This document shows positions 19,169 through 30,364 of a DNA stretch of 64,000 nucleotides, one piece after another. This stretch comes from Gemmatimonadota bacterium (GTDB lineage: Bacteria; JBHIER01; G020348925): positions 1,134,469 to 1,198,468 of the forward strand of contig CP070758.1 in the NCBI GenBank assembly GCA_020348925.1, read 5' to 3'. The first letter of the stretch is position 1; each line of letters begins with the position of its first letter. A model generated the notes under the pieces. It saw only the letters and a list, made by a program, of their open reading frames with translations. It was not told where the DNA came from and did no database searches. The position numbers and the translations under genes were made by a program.

Positions 19169-20860
19169 TTAATCAACCTCTCCATTTCGGTAGTGAAATC
19201 TATCACCCCTATTCTCTGCGCATACGAACGTCGTGTTTGGAAATTCCTGGGCCGCTTTTTCGGCGTACTGCTTGTAGATGCTTTCATTGTTCCGGGCATG
19301 CATGGGAAACATGACGCGCGGTCGAAGTTTCTCAATCGTAGAGTTACAGATATGTCTAAAGCCGGATTCGATGAAGGCAAGGTCGATGACCCCGTATTTT
19401 TCTGCGAGAGAGGCGATGTTCCCACTGTCCTTTTCCCGGAAATAATAGTCTCCGCCATGGTAGATGGTCACCCCATCCACTTTTACCAGAAAGGCGCTCT
19501 CGTTTTCGAGCTCGGAGGCAATCCGTACGATCTCGATCCCGTCAACGGTTCGAATTTCCCTCTCCCCATCCATGAGCACATACGATCCGTCTTCGAAGGC
19601 CCTCCACCCGAAAACATATTGAATCCGATCCAAGTGTGATTCCCAGGTTAAAATAATATCGTCGAAATGATCTTCATGGGCGTGGGAAGCAAATACGGTG
19701 ACATCAAGGCCTTGGATCTCAGGAGGATGAATGCGGCCGTTGGCGAGGACAGGTTCGTCCGGTATTCTGCCGTATTCATAATAATCAAAAACAAGCAATT
19801 TGCTTTGCGTCTTCAAAGCCCAGCCGGAGTGACCCAGATACCAGATGATCACTTCTCCACTGCTCAGATCATCCCTTAACAGAGATGCATAGCCGCAGTT
19901 CTCCTCTGGCTCACCGGTCGTACCGCCGTTGACCTTGAGAAGATCGGCAATACCGCAATGGCCATATTTCCCGGCATAATAGAGCGGGGTTCTGCCCGCA
20001 TCATCTCTCGCGTTCACATCGACTCCTCTTTCGAGAAGACATTCCGTCACATCCTTGTATCCATCGATCGATGCCCTGTGCAATGGGGTCATCCCATAAT
20101 GAAGATCTTTCTCGGATACATCATCCACCTGTGAGAGAAGAAGGGTAACCGCGTCGATATCTCCACTCTCCACCGCCAATCGAAAAGCCGATCTCCCATC
20201 ATGCATTCTCAAGTTTACATCCGCATTTTCTGAAAGGAGCAGCTCGACGGCCTTCACGTTTCCGCTCCCGGCAGCAAGGTGCAGGGGTGTCGCACCCCCT
20301 CTGTCATCCTGGACATTGAGGGCCGCACCCTTTTGAATCAACATCCGTGCCGTGTCTGTGTGTCCTGAACGGACGGCCATGTGCAGGGGTGTCCTGCCAC
20401 GAAACTGATTGGCATTGACGTCGACGCCCTTTTGGATGAGGATCTTCACGATTTCCGAGTGGCCCTGCGCCGCCGCCGAATGCAACGGCGTAACACCTCT
20501 TGGCGTTGCATCTTTTTTGACCAAGGCTCCCTCTTCAATGAGAAGGTTGACGATATCGATAAGTCCCCAATATGATGCATAATTCAAAAGACTCGCCCCG
20601 TGAATATCCTTGGCATTGACATCCGCACCTTGTTCGATACAAAATCTTGCCACATCACCCCGGTTTCCCCGGATGGCACAATGCAGCGGGTATCTCCCTT
20701 CGGCGCCGGAGTTGTCATGCAACAAACTCGGATCTTCGCTCAACAGGGCCTTGACCGTTTCGAGATCTCCCCGCTCCGCCGCCTCGTGAATTTCGTGAGA
20801 GAATAACGCGGTTGTCAGAACACCCACAAGAAAACAGGCGGTTATTGTTCCTCTGATCAC
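19169..20860 (-). CDS. Exported ankyrin-repeat protein fused to a metallo-beta-lactamase-fold domain
   Basis: Multiple TPLHxAA repeats; WYLGHSGW, SHAHEDHF, YHGGD, FPMH. Confidence 0.9.
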   Translation of the reverse strand: MIRGTITACFLVGVLTTALFSHEIHEAAERGDLETVKALLSEDPSLLHDNSGAEGRYPLHCAIRGNRGDVARFCIEQGADVNAKDIHGASLLNYASYWGLIDIVNLLIEEGALVKKDATPRGVTPLHSAAAQGHSEIVKILIQKGVDVNANQFRGRTPLHMAVRSGHTDTARMLIQKGAALNVQDDRGGATPLHLAAGSGNVKAVELLLSENADVNLRMHDGRSAFRLAVESGDIDAVTLLLSQVDDVSEKDLHYGMTPLHRASIDGYKDVTECLLERGVDVNARDDAGRTPLYYAGKYGHCGIADLLKVNGGTTGEPEENCGYASLLRDDLSSGEVIIWYLGHSGWALKTQSKLLVFDYYEYGRIPDEPVLANGRIHPPEIQGLDVTVFASHAHEDHFDDIILTWESHLDRIQYVFGWRAFEDGSYVLMDGEREIRTVDGIEIVRIASELENESAFLVKVDGVTIYHGGDYYFREKDSGNIASLAEKYGVIDLAFIESGFRHICNSTIEKLRPRVMFPMHARNNESIYKQYAEKAAQEFPNTTFVCAENRGDRFHYRNGEVD

Positions 20861-20882
20861 AGTTCTCCTCTTGGCTTCGGTA

Positions 20883-21812
20883 TTACTGATCCGGTCTCAG
20901 TTCTTCGAGAATCTTCGAACCGACCCAGTAGAGATCCGTCGTATCATCAACCTCTGCCTCGAAGAACAGGTATTTCTTATCGTGGGACAGGCTCGGAAAC
21001 CGGGATTCTTTGAACATGTCATAGATCTCCCCCATATTCTGCGCCTCCGTCCACGTGCCGTCTTCCGTGCGAAAGCTGACAAAGATACTCACGCCCCGGG
21101 GCTTTTCGACATACCTGGTAAAAAGGAGCCAACTCTCGTCGGGTGCGATACAGGGGCTGTATTCGGAATGTTCGGTATTGATCCCCTCTCCGAGATGATC
21201 CACAGCCCTGTACTTTCCATCGACGAGGGACGATCGATATATGTCACCCTTACCTTTGCCCCCCTCTCGTCTTGACGTGAAGTAGAGTGTCCCGCTCTCT
21301 GAAAATGAAACCCCTGTTCCCGGATTGACCGGGGGACTCATTTTCTGGGGCTCACCCCAACCGTTATGAAATTTTTGTACAAACCACAGGTTGACCTCGT
21401 CAAATCCCTCTTTCGGCCGCCCCGAGTGAAAATAGAGTCTTTTCCCATCGTGGGAAAAAGCCGGACTATCGTCCCAAAACTTCCCGGAAAACGGAACGAC
21501 TCGGGGTTCTGTCCAGCGTTTGTCCACGTATTGAGAAACCATTATTGTCGCTTTCCTTTTCGTCCATTCGTGTCGGGTGAAATAGAATTCGTTTCCATCA
21601 GGCGAGAAGGCAACGCTGCCGTGTTCCTTATGAGTAGAGACGACGCCCGGGGCGAATATTTCGGGCGTTGTTCCGGGATGTCTTTGGCCTAAATATTTAT
21701 TTCGCAGAACAGGAAATTGATCTGTCTCCTCGGATGTTTTGTCCGAACAGGAGAGAAAAGAAAATACGAGGACAAAGGACAAAAGGACTGTGGCACGTTC
21801 TGTTGACATCAT
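20883..21812 (-). CDS. PD40 (WD40-like) beta-propeller lipoprotein
   Basis: Lipobox FLSC; YLGQRHPGTTPEIFAPGVVST; FSPDGNEFYF; PCIAPDESWLLF. Confidence 0.85.
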   Translation of the reverse strand: MMSTERATVLLSFVLVFSFLSCSDKTSEETDQFPVLRNKYLGQRHPGTTPEIFAPGVVSTHKEHGSVAFSPDGNEFYFTRHEWTKRKATIMVSQYVDKRWTEPRVVPFSGKFWDDSPAFSHDGKRLYFHSGRPKEGFDEVNLWFVQKFHNGWGEPQKMSPPVNPGTGVSFSESGTLYFTSRREGGKGKGDIYRSSLVDGKYRAVDHLGEGINTEHSEYSPCIAPDESWLLFTRYVEKPRGVSIFVSFRTEDGTWTEAQNMGEIYDMFKESRFPSLSHDKKYLFFEAEVDDTTDLYWVGSKILEELRPDQ

Positions 21813-21921
21813 AATTGAATCCTCATGCATTGGAAAACACTTGATGAAACTTGAAAACACAGCCCATCCAACAGGCCGTATTAAATGAGCAAACAAATAC
21901 CTCGACTCGGAAGATCTTTCA

Positions 21922-23814
21922 TCACCACTCCATTTGAATTTTGTACGTCATGAGCCTGTTGTCGTACATCGTGGGAATGATGAGCATATTTTCATCACGT
22001 ATAAATTCAAGATCCGCACAATACTGTTTTGGGCCGGTAATATTGAGCAGTTCCATCTTTTGGCCGTCCAACGAGACGAGGAAGACCCTGCCATTGAAGT
22101 CCGAAATGACATATTTCCCACTCGCATACATCTTCACTCCATCCATGACGGAACCGTTTCCCAAACTCACCACGGTTCGAATGCTTTTGTCTGACAGGTC
22201 AACCGCCTTCAGGCAGCCATCACCCGTATTGCCCACGAGCAACACATTATTATCGATGCACAGACCGTTTGGGCTCTGAATTTCATCGTGCTGCAGCCAG
22301 AGTTCGAATTCGCCCCCTGCAAATTTGTAGATGACATTCTTCTGCACATCCGAGATGTACGCGTTCCCCGAATCATCGAATGCCACATCGTTTATGAATA
22401 CGGGTTCAGGAACCGCATAGCGATGTACGATATGCCCCCTATCGATATCGATCTCAACCAGATTGCCTCTTTCGACCGCGTACAGTTTATCCTCATACAG
22501 ACACAATCCTGTGGGACGGTCCAAGCCTGTGATCCATCGCAAGTCTTTCATTTCCCCACTCAAAGTGACCTTGGAAAGAAACTCGTCCCCATCATTGAAG
22601 TAGTTTGAAACATAAAGCACATCCCTTTTCTCGTCATATACGGCCGACTCCGGATACTTCAGCCCTTTTTTATACTCCCACAAGCTCGTGATCCCCTCGT
22701 GTTGGAAAATGGCATCCGCATCCCGAAACATGAAGCCCCATCCCCCGAACGACTCCCAAATCATAAGAAGCAGCTCATTGTCGCCCTTTCTGAGAGGCAG
22801 GTACACACCGTCGTTCAATCCTACGATTCCCAAAAATGATGGGTCTCTGGATGTATAGGCACTGTTCCCGGAAAATATGAGCTTTTTGTTAAGAAAAATA
22901 ACAATAACATCACTGTATCCGAACTGATACTCCCGAATTTCATCTTTGTCGGAATGAATAGTCGTTCTTGCCCAGACGCAATCGGGTGCCCTGCCACTTC
23001 TTCCAACATAACGAGCGACATTAACCAGACCCGAAGGCTCGCATCGTACTCTCTGCCAGGTTAGATCCCTGAAACCTTGATCCTCCGGCGGACGTTCGAG
23101 ATCAACTTCACTGGCCTTGAACCCTTGAGAAAGCTCCCATTCCGTGATCATACCCAAAGGCGTATGTTCCTCAAGTGGTGGATCAAAATGGAGCTCGTTG
23201 TCGATGGTGTACTTAAAATTGGAGAAATATGCATTACCGCCTCTCTGACCCATCAGACCGAGTGTGCCTTTGCTCGCTCCATGTTTGAGACGTGATATGA
23301 CGAGCGAAGGTTGTTCTGCATTATCAAGAAATATCCGGGCCTGCGTTCCGGAGATCTCCATCTTCACGTGAACCCATTGTTGCGCAGGTAAGTCTGCATT
23401 CGCCGTATACCCATCCCCGTTGTATAACTGCCAGCATTCGACGCCATTGAAAACCGGCATGTACTGAAGCGCATCCGGATAGAGAGAGGCTCGGTGAGGA
23501 CGAATATAGAACCGCTCATAATTCCCCGGTGATTGCATTCGAAAAATGATGCCGGGATATCCACGAACCTTATTGTCTTTTACGGCAATATCGACCTCGA
23601 TGACACCGTTTTCGAAGACCACATCTTTTAAAACGACATATCCCGACAGACACGTTCTGTCCAGATATTCCACGATCTCACCGTTCTTCAAATCCCAACG
23701 ATCGGACCCGAAATCGACGATGTCATTCTGCGATGAGACACTCAATATGAACGTCAATAGAGAGAGGACAGACAAGACAATCGTCTTCACAGGAATCGGC
23801 CTTTTGACGCTCAT
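21922..23814 (-). CDS. Exported protein: DUF1080-like lectin domain plus SMP-30/gluconolactonase-like propeller
   Basis: FENGVIEVDI...YFSNFKY; PESAVYD, INDVAFDDSGNAYISD, PNGL; start placed at the ATG with a GGAG RBS. Confidence 0.75.
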   Translation of the reverse strand: MSVKRPIPVKTIVLSVLSLLTFILSVSSQNDIVDFGSDRWDLKNGEIVEYLDRTCLSGYVVLKDVVFENGVIEVDIAVKDNKVRGYPGIIFRMQSPGNYERFYIRPHRASLYPDALQYMPVFNGVECWQLYNGDGYTANADLPAQQWVHVKMEISGTQARIFLDNAEQPSLVISRLKHGASKGTLGLMGQRGGNAYFSNFKYTIDNELHFDPPLEEHTPLGMITEWELSQGFKASEVDLERPPEDQGFRDLTWQRVRCEPSGLVNVARYVGRSGRAPDCVWARTTIHSDKDEIREYQFGYSDVIVIFLNKKLIFSGNSAYTSRDPSFLGIVGLNDGVYLPLRKGDNELLLMIWESFGGWGFMFRDADAIFQHEGITSLWEYKKGLKYPESAVYDEKRDVLYVSNYFNDGDEFLSKVTLSGEMKDLRWITGLDRPTGLCLYEDKLYAVERGNLVEIDIDRGHIVHRYAVPEPVFINDVAFDDSGNAYISDVQKNVIYKFAGGEFELWLQHDEIQSPNGLCIDNNVLLVGNTGDGCLKAVDLSDKSIRTVVSLGNGSVMDGVKMYASGKYVISDFNGRVFLVSLDGQKMELLNITGPKQYCADLEFIRDENMLIIPTMYDNRLMTYKIQMEW

Positions 23815-23883
23815 AGTATTCTCCTTTCCTATACCTCTAAAATCATTATACGGACACATGTTTCAAATTTCACGTATCAACAC

Positions 23884-25089
23884 TTAATACGATCGGGGCA
23901 GCTTCAGAACATATTCGGCGATTTGATTGAGAATCAAGGCATCACTGATCGGTGCCGTTTTGAGGAGACGGGCGGCCTCCCACAGATGGATAATGCCCTT
24001 CTCTTCGTCAAAACCTTTACCTCCAAAGGTATTGATCGCAGCATCTACCGCTTGAACAGCCAATCCGGCAGCAAGATATTTGGCTGCATTGGCGGATGAT
24101 GCCACATCATTCGGATCCACATCAGTATCAAAACACCACGCCGACCGATGGATCATCAGGCGGACCGCTTCCTGCCGGATGGCAAGGTCGGCCAAGGGGT
24201 GTTGAATAGACTGGTATGTTCCAATGGGTGTCTCCTGGAAAACCTTGCGGTTTCTGGCATGTTCGCAGGCGAGATCCAGACAGTAGCGGCTCATTCCCAG
24301 ACCCATGGCGGCGGCCAGCGTGCGCTCCGGGTTGAACATCCGGAACATCACTCTGGCACCATGATCCTCATCACCAAGAATGTGTCCGATCGGAACGGAC
24401 ACGTCCTTCAACTTCAGAGAAAATTGGGTGAGCACGCCTTCGCCGTGTGAAGGCAGCGGGGTCCGTTCAATCCCTTCGGACTGAGGATCAACAAGCAGCA
24501 CCGAGATGCCGGCCGTCTTCGATAATCCCCGGCGATCGCACTCCTCGCGCGTCATTGTCCGGGCTATAACCAGGATAGAGTCAGCAACATCGATCCCCGA
24601 TATATAAATCTTCGAACCATTGACGATGAAACGATCACGAGATCTTTCGGCATATGTTTTCACGTTGAATACGTTGAAACCGGCCTCAGTTTCGGTCGAG
24701 GCTATGGCAAATTTCAGCTCGCCTCTGGCCAGGGGCGGCAGGATATCGCGCTTCACCGTCTCCGCCCCAAATCGGGCAATTCCTGCCGCGGCCATGCTGT
24801 TCAATACAGGACCGAAACTCTGCAATCCTTGTGCGGCCAGCTCCTCCATGATTACAGTTGACGTAAGAAGGCCTCTGTTTGTGCCTCCGTACTCTTCCGG
24901 TATAAGACAGCCAAAAAAGCCGACATTTGCTAAAGCGGCCTGTATCTCTTCAAAAGCAGCTTTTGGAATTTCATTGGCCCGTAACGAAGCGTACCGATGG
25001 CGTATGTCCGCAAATGCTTCGCTAACTCTTTGCTTGAGGTTCACCAGGTCCTTGTTTTGAAATACATCAAATACCATTGTCTTCTTCAC
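23884..25089 (-). CDS. Acyl-CoA dehydrogenase family protein
   Basis: IPEEYGG, TETEAGFN, NGSKIYIS, FNPERTL, FGGKGF, LPRSY end. Confidence 0.93.
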   Translation of the reverse strand: MKKTMVFDVFQNKDLVNLKQRVSEAFADIRHRYASLRANEIPKAAFEEIQAALANVGFFGCLIPEEYGGTNRGLLTSTVIMEELAAQGLQSFGPVLNSMAAAGIARFGAETVKRDILPPLARGELKFAIASTETEAGFNVFNVKTYAERSRDRFIVNGSKIYISGIDVADSILVIARTMTREECDRRGLSKTAGISVLLVDPQSEGIERTPLPSHGEGVLTQFSLKLKDVSVPIGHILGDEDHGARVMFRMFNPERTLAAAMGLGMSRYCLDLACEHARNRKVFQETPIGTYQSIQHPLADLAIRQEAVRLMIHRSAWCFDTDVDPNDVASSANAAKYLAAGLAVQAVDAAINTFGGKGFDEEKGIIHLWEAARLLKTAPISDALILNQIAEYVLKLPRSY

Positions 25090-25106
25090 TCTTTCACCTG
25101 TTTTTT

Positions 25107-26378
25107 CTACCGCAATGTTTCCTGCTTCACATTCTCAATAATGCCGGCATCGACCCAGTATATATCCATATTCATCGTGAAGAATACGTATCTACCGTCC
25201 GGTGAAAGCGTGGGGATTATATCGTTTCCCGCTGTACACATACCATCTATGCGCACGGCTTCACTCCAGGTATCGTCAGCCCGCCGGAAGGAGACGTAGA
25301 AATCGGCCCACCCTTTCCCACCGGGCCGCGTCGAATCAAACACGAGAAAACTTTCGTCCGGTGCGATGGAGGGATGCATTTCGGCGTAAGGGGTATTGAT
25401 GTTCGCGCTTAACAATTCGGATTCGACGTAGCGACCGTTTACCCACGGCGCATGGTATATACTACCACCGTCCCCTTCCGGAAAACCGGTCACATAAAAG
25501 TTTCGGTTGACTGAGGTTGTGGCGAACATGCCCTGACAGTGATATTGGGGTTTCTCCCACCCTTTCTTCGATCTCCCCGCAGTCCAAATCTCAGGGCCGT
25601 TCTCACCCGGTCGTACATAGAAGAGCCGATCTCCCTTCGGCGTAAGAACGGCTTCGTGACCGGGATGGGTTTTGGCAAAAGGAGCGATCTCAGGTGCACG
25701 CCAGCCGTCCTTTCCCAATCGACACACAAAGATATCCCGACTCCTCGTAAAGTAAATTTCTTCGCCGTCGGGTGAAATTGACACAGAGGTTTCAAAATTG
25801 CCCACAGTCGATACGATGCCGGGGGCGAACACCTTCGGTTCAAGGCCGGGCGGCTCCTGACCCAAATACGGTCCGTGCAGGTTCATTGGCTCACCAGGTG
25901 CAAAGCGCACCGTATCTTTCGTCTCCGCACGCATACAATCCCCCAGACCCTTCATTCTTTTGAGAGCAATCGTACCCTGGGGATCGCCCGGATGTAATTC
26001 CAAAGCCTTCGTAAAGCTGTTCATCGCCTCCTGGAACAAACCTCCCCTTGCCTGATATGCTTCACCAAGATCCTGGTGCGCTCTCCACGAAGTTGGATGC
26101 GCATCGACGTTAAGTTTGAAGATCTCAATGGCCTCATTCAATCTGACTTCACTGAGCAACCTGAAACCAAGAGCTTCGAACTCGTCTTCAACAAAGGAAT
26201 ACTCATTTGGACTGTTCGTCTTGAGCTCATAATATGTATCCACGGCTGCTCTAATTCCTGATATCTCAAGCTTTTGCTCCAATATGGGTATAATCGGTTG
26301 CCGCTCCTGGGCCAGAATGACAGGAGATACGGTCATGACAACAAGCACCACCACACAAATCAAATGTGACTTCATCAA
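25107..26378 (-). CDS. Exported TPR plus PD40 propeller protein
   Basis: AIEIFKLNV...LGEAY TPR; GPYLGQEPPGLEPKVFAPGIVST; PSIAPDESFLVF. Confidence 0.85.
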   Translation of the reverse strand: MMKSHLICVVVLVVMTVSPVILAQERQPIIPILEQKLEISGIRAAVDTYYELKTNSPNEYSFVEDEFEALGFRLLSEVRLNEAIEIFKLNVDAHPTSWRAHQDLGEAYQARGGLFQEAMNSFTKALELHPGDPQGTIALKRMKGLGDCMRAETKDTVRFAPGEPMNLHGPYLGQEPPGLEPKVFAPGIVSTVGNFETSVSISPDGEEIYFTRSRDIFVCRLGKDGWRAPEIAPFAKTHPGHEAVLTPKGDRLFYVRPGENGPEIWTAGRSKKGWEKPQYHCQGMFATTSVNRNFYVTGFPEGDGGSIYHAPWVNGRYVESELLSANINTPYAEMHPSIAPDESFLVFDSTRPGGKGWADFYVSFRRADDTWSEAVRIDGMCTAGNDIIPTLSPDGRYVFFTMNMDIYWVDAGIIENVKQETLR

Positions 26379-26430
26379 TCGCTCCGCAGCGTGTCACTCC
26401 TAAAAAAGTCGAATGAAAGAACCATACAAC

Positions 26431-27933
26431 CTAATCGCTCTTTTCGATTCTGGTAAACACGACTTCTTTCAGACCGGGCTCAACTTCAACATCGAACGAA
26501 TTGATCTCACCCTTCACGTTCGTATTGAAGATCACCTTCCAGCTCATCTTTTTTATGTTGTGATAGAGATCAAATATATCATAATGGTAATGGTTCAAAG
26601 GGTATGTATCGGTTGACATCTCAGCTCTCAAGGAATCGCCTTCTTGGATGACGGTTATACTGCCATAACCATCACTCTGAAATGTCCCGGTATAATCCTC
26701 AAGCGGATGCGAAGGGTGAGTACCTTTTTTCTTATTCGGATCCCCCATCTCCTCCATCTTTTTGTAGTATTCCCGAACTTTCTCGTAGTAATCCAGGTAT
26801 CGCTGGTTCCAATCCGCCGGCTCAAGTCCGAGCAATCGGTCGTAGACATACCCCTCGAGAATCGTCGTGAGCGGCGTAAAGTTCAGATTGGCCAGGATAA
26901 CCAGGCCGAACCCCTCATTGGGCAGAAATGAGACCAGGGAGCTGAATCCGTACAGCACCCCGCCGTGATGGATATGGACATATCCGCGATAATTATCGAC
27001 GAACCACCCCAGGCCGTAACTCTGATAGAACTTCTCCTCATATCTCATGGGGCGTTGTATCGGGATGTGAGGTATCTGGGTCACCGCAAGGGTTTGCGAG
27101 TTGACCAGTTGCTTTTCCTCGTGCGTACCCTTATTCATATGAAAGAGGACCCATCGTGTCAGATCCTCAACGTTCGAGACGATAGAACCCGCCGGCCCCC
27201 GAATATCAGAGTTATGAAATTCCATCTCTTCAGGATCCTCCTCATAAATAATATGGGGTTTTGCGTAATCAGAGGACTGCTGCATGGTTGTGACGGAGAA
27301 AAGACTGTTTTCCATTCCCAAGGGATCGAAGATTTTCTCCTGTATCAGTCTCTCCCAATTCATGCCTGCCAGTTGCGCGAGCATGTAACCTGCAGCGGTG
27401 TAACACCAGTTGGAATACCGCATGGCGGACCGAAAATCAGCACCCGGTTCAAAATACCGGAGGGATGTCATAACAGCTTTCCGGTCGGAGGGCACATTGA
27501 GCTCGTAGAACTCATGCCGCCCCACGCCGGTGCGATGACACAACAGATCTCGAAATGTCGCTTTCTCCGACGCCATGGTATCGTACAACCGAAATTCTGG
27601 GAAATAGTCTCTTAGGGGTGTGTCCCAATCGATGATGCCCTCATCGACCAGCATGGCGGCTGCGGTCGTCGTGAAGGATTTCGTCACCGAGGCAATTGAA
27701 AAAAGTGTTTTCGTCGTTACCTCGTCTTTCGATTCGAGATCCTTGTAACCATAACCCTTTGAATGGATGACTTCTCCGTCTTTGATAACGGAAACGGCCA
27801 GGCCCGGAACTTTCCACTCCTCCATGGCTTGATTGATGAAACCATCAAGCGCATTCAACGTTTCAAATGGCTGACTGAAAAGTGGGGAAGCAGCAATAAT
27901 GACGACAGTCGTTAGCACGATAAGTCGTTTCAT
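26431..27933 (-). CDS. Serine hydrolase (class C beta-lactamase-like) with DUF3471
   Basis: SVTK, YSN, HHGG motifs; C-terminal 'LEDYTGTFQSDGYG'. Confidence 0.92.
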   Translation of the reverse strand: MKRLIVLTTVVIIAASPLFSQPFETLNALDGFINQAMEEWKVPGLAVSVIKDGEVIHSKGYGYKDLESKDEVTTKTLFSIASVTKSFTTTAAAMLVDEGIIDWDTPLRDYFPEFRLYDTMASEKATFRDLLCHRTGVGRHEFYELNVPSDRKAVMTSLRYFEPGADFRSAMRYSNWCYTAAGYMLAQLAGMNWERLIQEKIFDPLGMENSLFSVTTMQQSSDYAKPHIIYEEDPEEMEFHNSDIRGPAGSIVSNVEDLTRWVLFHMNKGTHEEKQLVNSQTLAVTQIPHIPIQRPMRYEEKFYQSYGLGWFVDNYRGYVHIHHGGVLYGFSSLVSFLPNEGFGLVILANLNFTPLTTILEGYVYDRLLGLEPADWNQRYLDYYEKVREYYKKMEEMGDPNKKKGTHPSHPLEDYTGTFQSDGYGSITVIQEGDSLRAEMSTDTYPLNHYHYDIFDLYHNIKKMSWKVIFNTNVKGEINSFDVEVEPGLKEVVFTRIEKSD

Positions 27934-27943
27934 TTCTTCTCCT

Positions 27944-28954
27944 TTATCTCGGTGATTCGGACTTCAGTCCATCAATGATTTTCGCATCGATCCAATAGAT
28001 ATCGCCAAAACCGTTCTGCGGCGTCGCCCACGCCCTCCGAATGAAGTCGTAGGTCAGTGGAGGATCACTCGGAAGGGCTTTATACTGTCTGCTGGTATAG
28101 AAGAGGTATCTACCGCACGGGGACAGAATCTGACAGTTCTCACCGCCACTGGAATTAACCTGCTCGCCCATATTCTGCAACGGTGACCAGGTCCCGTCCT
28201 CATTACGGAAGCTGATGTACAGATCGGAACGGCCGATGTTCTCCTCCTCTCTCCAGGTGGATACGATCAGGTACCCCTCATCCGGAGCGATGAAGGCGTC
28301 ACCTTCGGAGCCGGGACTATTAATCTGTGCGGGCAAGAGCTCCGCATTCCGATATCGGCCGTCGACCAGTCCGGCCCGGTAGATGTCACTGTCTCCAAAG
28401 CCACCCTCCCGGCGTGACTGGAAGTACATCGTGCCGTCTCTGGTCAGCGAGGGATAGAACTCGTGGGCCTCGCTGTTGATCGGAGGTCCCATATTGACCG
28501 GCTCCGACCAGCCATCCGACGTTCTCTCAACAGACCAGATATCGTAGTCCTCCTCCGGTTTGTTCCCCCCCGACCGTGGTCTGTTCGAGCAGAAATAGAC
28601 CGTTTTTCCGTCAAAGGAGACGAAGGGATCGACACCGCCGTATTCTCCAGAAAAGGGAGCCACTTCCGGTTTGCTCCACCGTCCGTTTTCCTCTCTCATC
28701 ATCAGCATGGCCCATTTCATATCCCCCACGTGTATCGAATAGATAACTTCCTTACCACCCGGAAAGAAGACCGAGTTCAGCTCGGGCAACGAGGTGGACA
28801 TGACACCCGGAGCGAACAATTCACCTTTCAATCCTGGAGGCTTTTGTCCCAAATATTCACCACTCAAGACAGGAAACGTATCCTGTTGTGCACAACCACC
28901 CAAAAACAAGAGAACCATACATACTAACTTGAGGACAGCGAATTTCGAGTTCAT
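27944..28954 (-). CDS. PD40 propeller lipoprotein
   Basis: Lipobox LGGC; GEYLGQKPPG...FAPGVMST; FIAPDEGYLI. Confidence 0.85.
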   Translation of the reverse strand: MNSKFAVLKLVCMVLLFLGGCAQQDTFPVLSGEYLGQKPPGLKGELFAPGVMSTSLPELNSVFFPGGKEVIYSIHVGDMKWAMLMMREENGRWSKPEVAPFSGEYGGVDPFVSFDGKTVYFCSNRPRSGGNKPEEDYDIWSVERTSDGWSEPVNMGPPINSEAHEFYPSLTRDGTMYFQSRREGGFGDSDIYRAGLVDGRYRNAELLPAQINSPGSEGDAFIAPDEGYLIVSTWREEENIGRSDLYISFRNEDGTWSPLQNMGEQVNSSGGENCQILSPCGRYLFYTSRQYKALPSDPPLTYDFIRRAWATPQNGFGDIYWIDAKIIDGLKSESPR

Positions 28955-28965
28955 GACAAACTTCC

Positions 28966-30246
28966 CTATTTCAAGTCTTCGGGTTTGAGTGCTTCAATGA
29001 TCCTGGCATCCACCCAGTAGATATCCCGGTTCCTGAGGTAAAAGAGGTATTTTCCATCGGGTGAAAGCGAAGCACAGATGTTACCTCCCGGCGTATTGAT
29101 CCGCTGGCCCATATTGATCGTTTCACTCCAACGCCCGTCGGATCTTCGATAACAGATGAAAAGATCCGTGTGTTCCTCTCCCTCCGTGTCTCCGAGGATC
29201 AAGGAATCGAAAATGATGAAGCTCTCGTCCGGGGCTATGCATGGGTGGGCGCTGCCGACGGCCCGGTTCACACCACCCCCGACTCTTTCAGGTTCACTGT
29301 ATGATCCATTGCGATACGAAGACCTTACTATCCTGCCGTATTCAACGGACGGATCAAGCTGCGTCATATAAATCGTTCTATCCAGCGTGGTCGTAACATA
29401 CATGCCGGGTCCGTGCCGTATCGCCTCCCCCCATATGTCTTCTTCTCTATCCATAAACCAGATCTCCGGCCCTCGCCCGAAGAACATCCTTTTGCCATCA
29501 TAGGTGATGTGGGGTTCAAAAGCCCTGGGATATTTTTTACAGAAGGGTGCCACCTCCGGAGCCGTCCAGCCATCCTTCTCCCAACGGCTGACCAGAACTC
29601 CTTCCCCTCGGCGATTGAAGTACAACTCCTTACCGTCAGGGGACCAGGTGCAACAGAATTCGAAGCCGCCGCGTGTCGAGACAATGCCCGGGGCGAAAAC
29701 TTTCGGAACGAAACCTGGAGGTCTTTGCCCCAAATATGCGCCATCCAGTCCGGTATTCTCTCCGGGGCGGTATTTCAAAATCTCCCTGGTCTCATTCCGG
29801 GCATCCTGAACAAACCCGTTCATCCTTTTCAGATTCATATCCGCATTCCAGTTCTCAGGATTCAACTCTAGAGCTTTCCGGTAATAGACCACGGCGCTGT
29901 CTTTGTCCCCGTTGAGCATGTACCCTTCACCGAGGCTGTCATACACATTCGCAGAATCTGGAAACAGCGCAACATTCATCTTAAAAACTTCGATGGCCTC
30001 TGAAACCTTGCCAGCCGATATAAACTTGTAACCTAAAGTATTAAACTCATTCTCGTCAAAAGAATACTCAGTCTGATTGTTTGAGCAAAGCTCGTCGAAT
30101 GTTTTGATGGCGGCTTCCAGGCCCTCACGTTCGATGACGCACTCGATCAAATGTGCGGCCGATTGTATCGACTCGTTTCCCTTCTGGGCAAAGATCGTTG
30201 CGACGAAAAGTATAGTACAAATCGAGATAATATTGAAAACGCTCAT
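28966..30246 (-). CDS. Exported TPR plus PD40 propeller protein (paralog of 25107-26378; start uncertain)
   Basis: AIEVFKMNVALFPDSANVYDSLGEGY; YLGQRPPGFVPKVFAPGIVST. Confidence 0.85.
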   Translation of the reverse strand: MSVFNIISICTILFVATIFAQKGNESIQSAAHLIECVIEREGLEAAIKTFDELCSNNQTEYSFDENEFNTLGYKFISAGKVSEAIEVFKMNVALFPDSANVYDSLGEGYMLNGDKDSAVVYYRKALELNPENWNADMNLKRMNGFVQDARNETREILKYRPGENTGLDGAYLGQRPPGFVPKVFAPGIVSTRGGFEFCCTWSPDGKELYFNRRGEGVLVSRWEKDGWTAPEVAPFCKKYPRAFEPHITYDGKRMFFGRGPEIWFMDREEDIWGEAIRHGPGMYVTTTLDRTIYMTQLDPSVEYGRIVRSSYRNGSYSEPERVGGGVNRAVGSAHPCIAPDESFIIFDSLILGDTEGEEHTDLFICYRRSDGRWSETINMGQRINTPGGNICASLSPDGKYLFYLRNRDIYWVDARIIEALKPEDLK

Positions 30247-30364
30247 GACACATCCAGAATACCCAAATTCCCTCCTCCAACGTCCGAAAGAGCTCTTGCA
30301 CTCGGTTCGTACTTTCCCTTTCACGTTCTCACACTTCTTCTGAAAGATCAACATACTGTGTTCA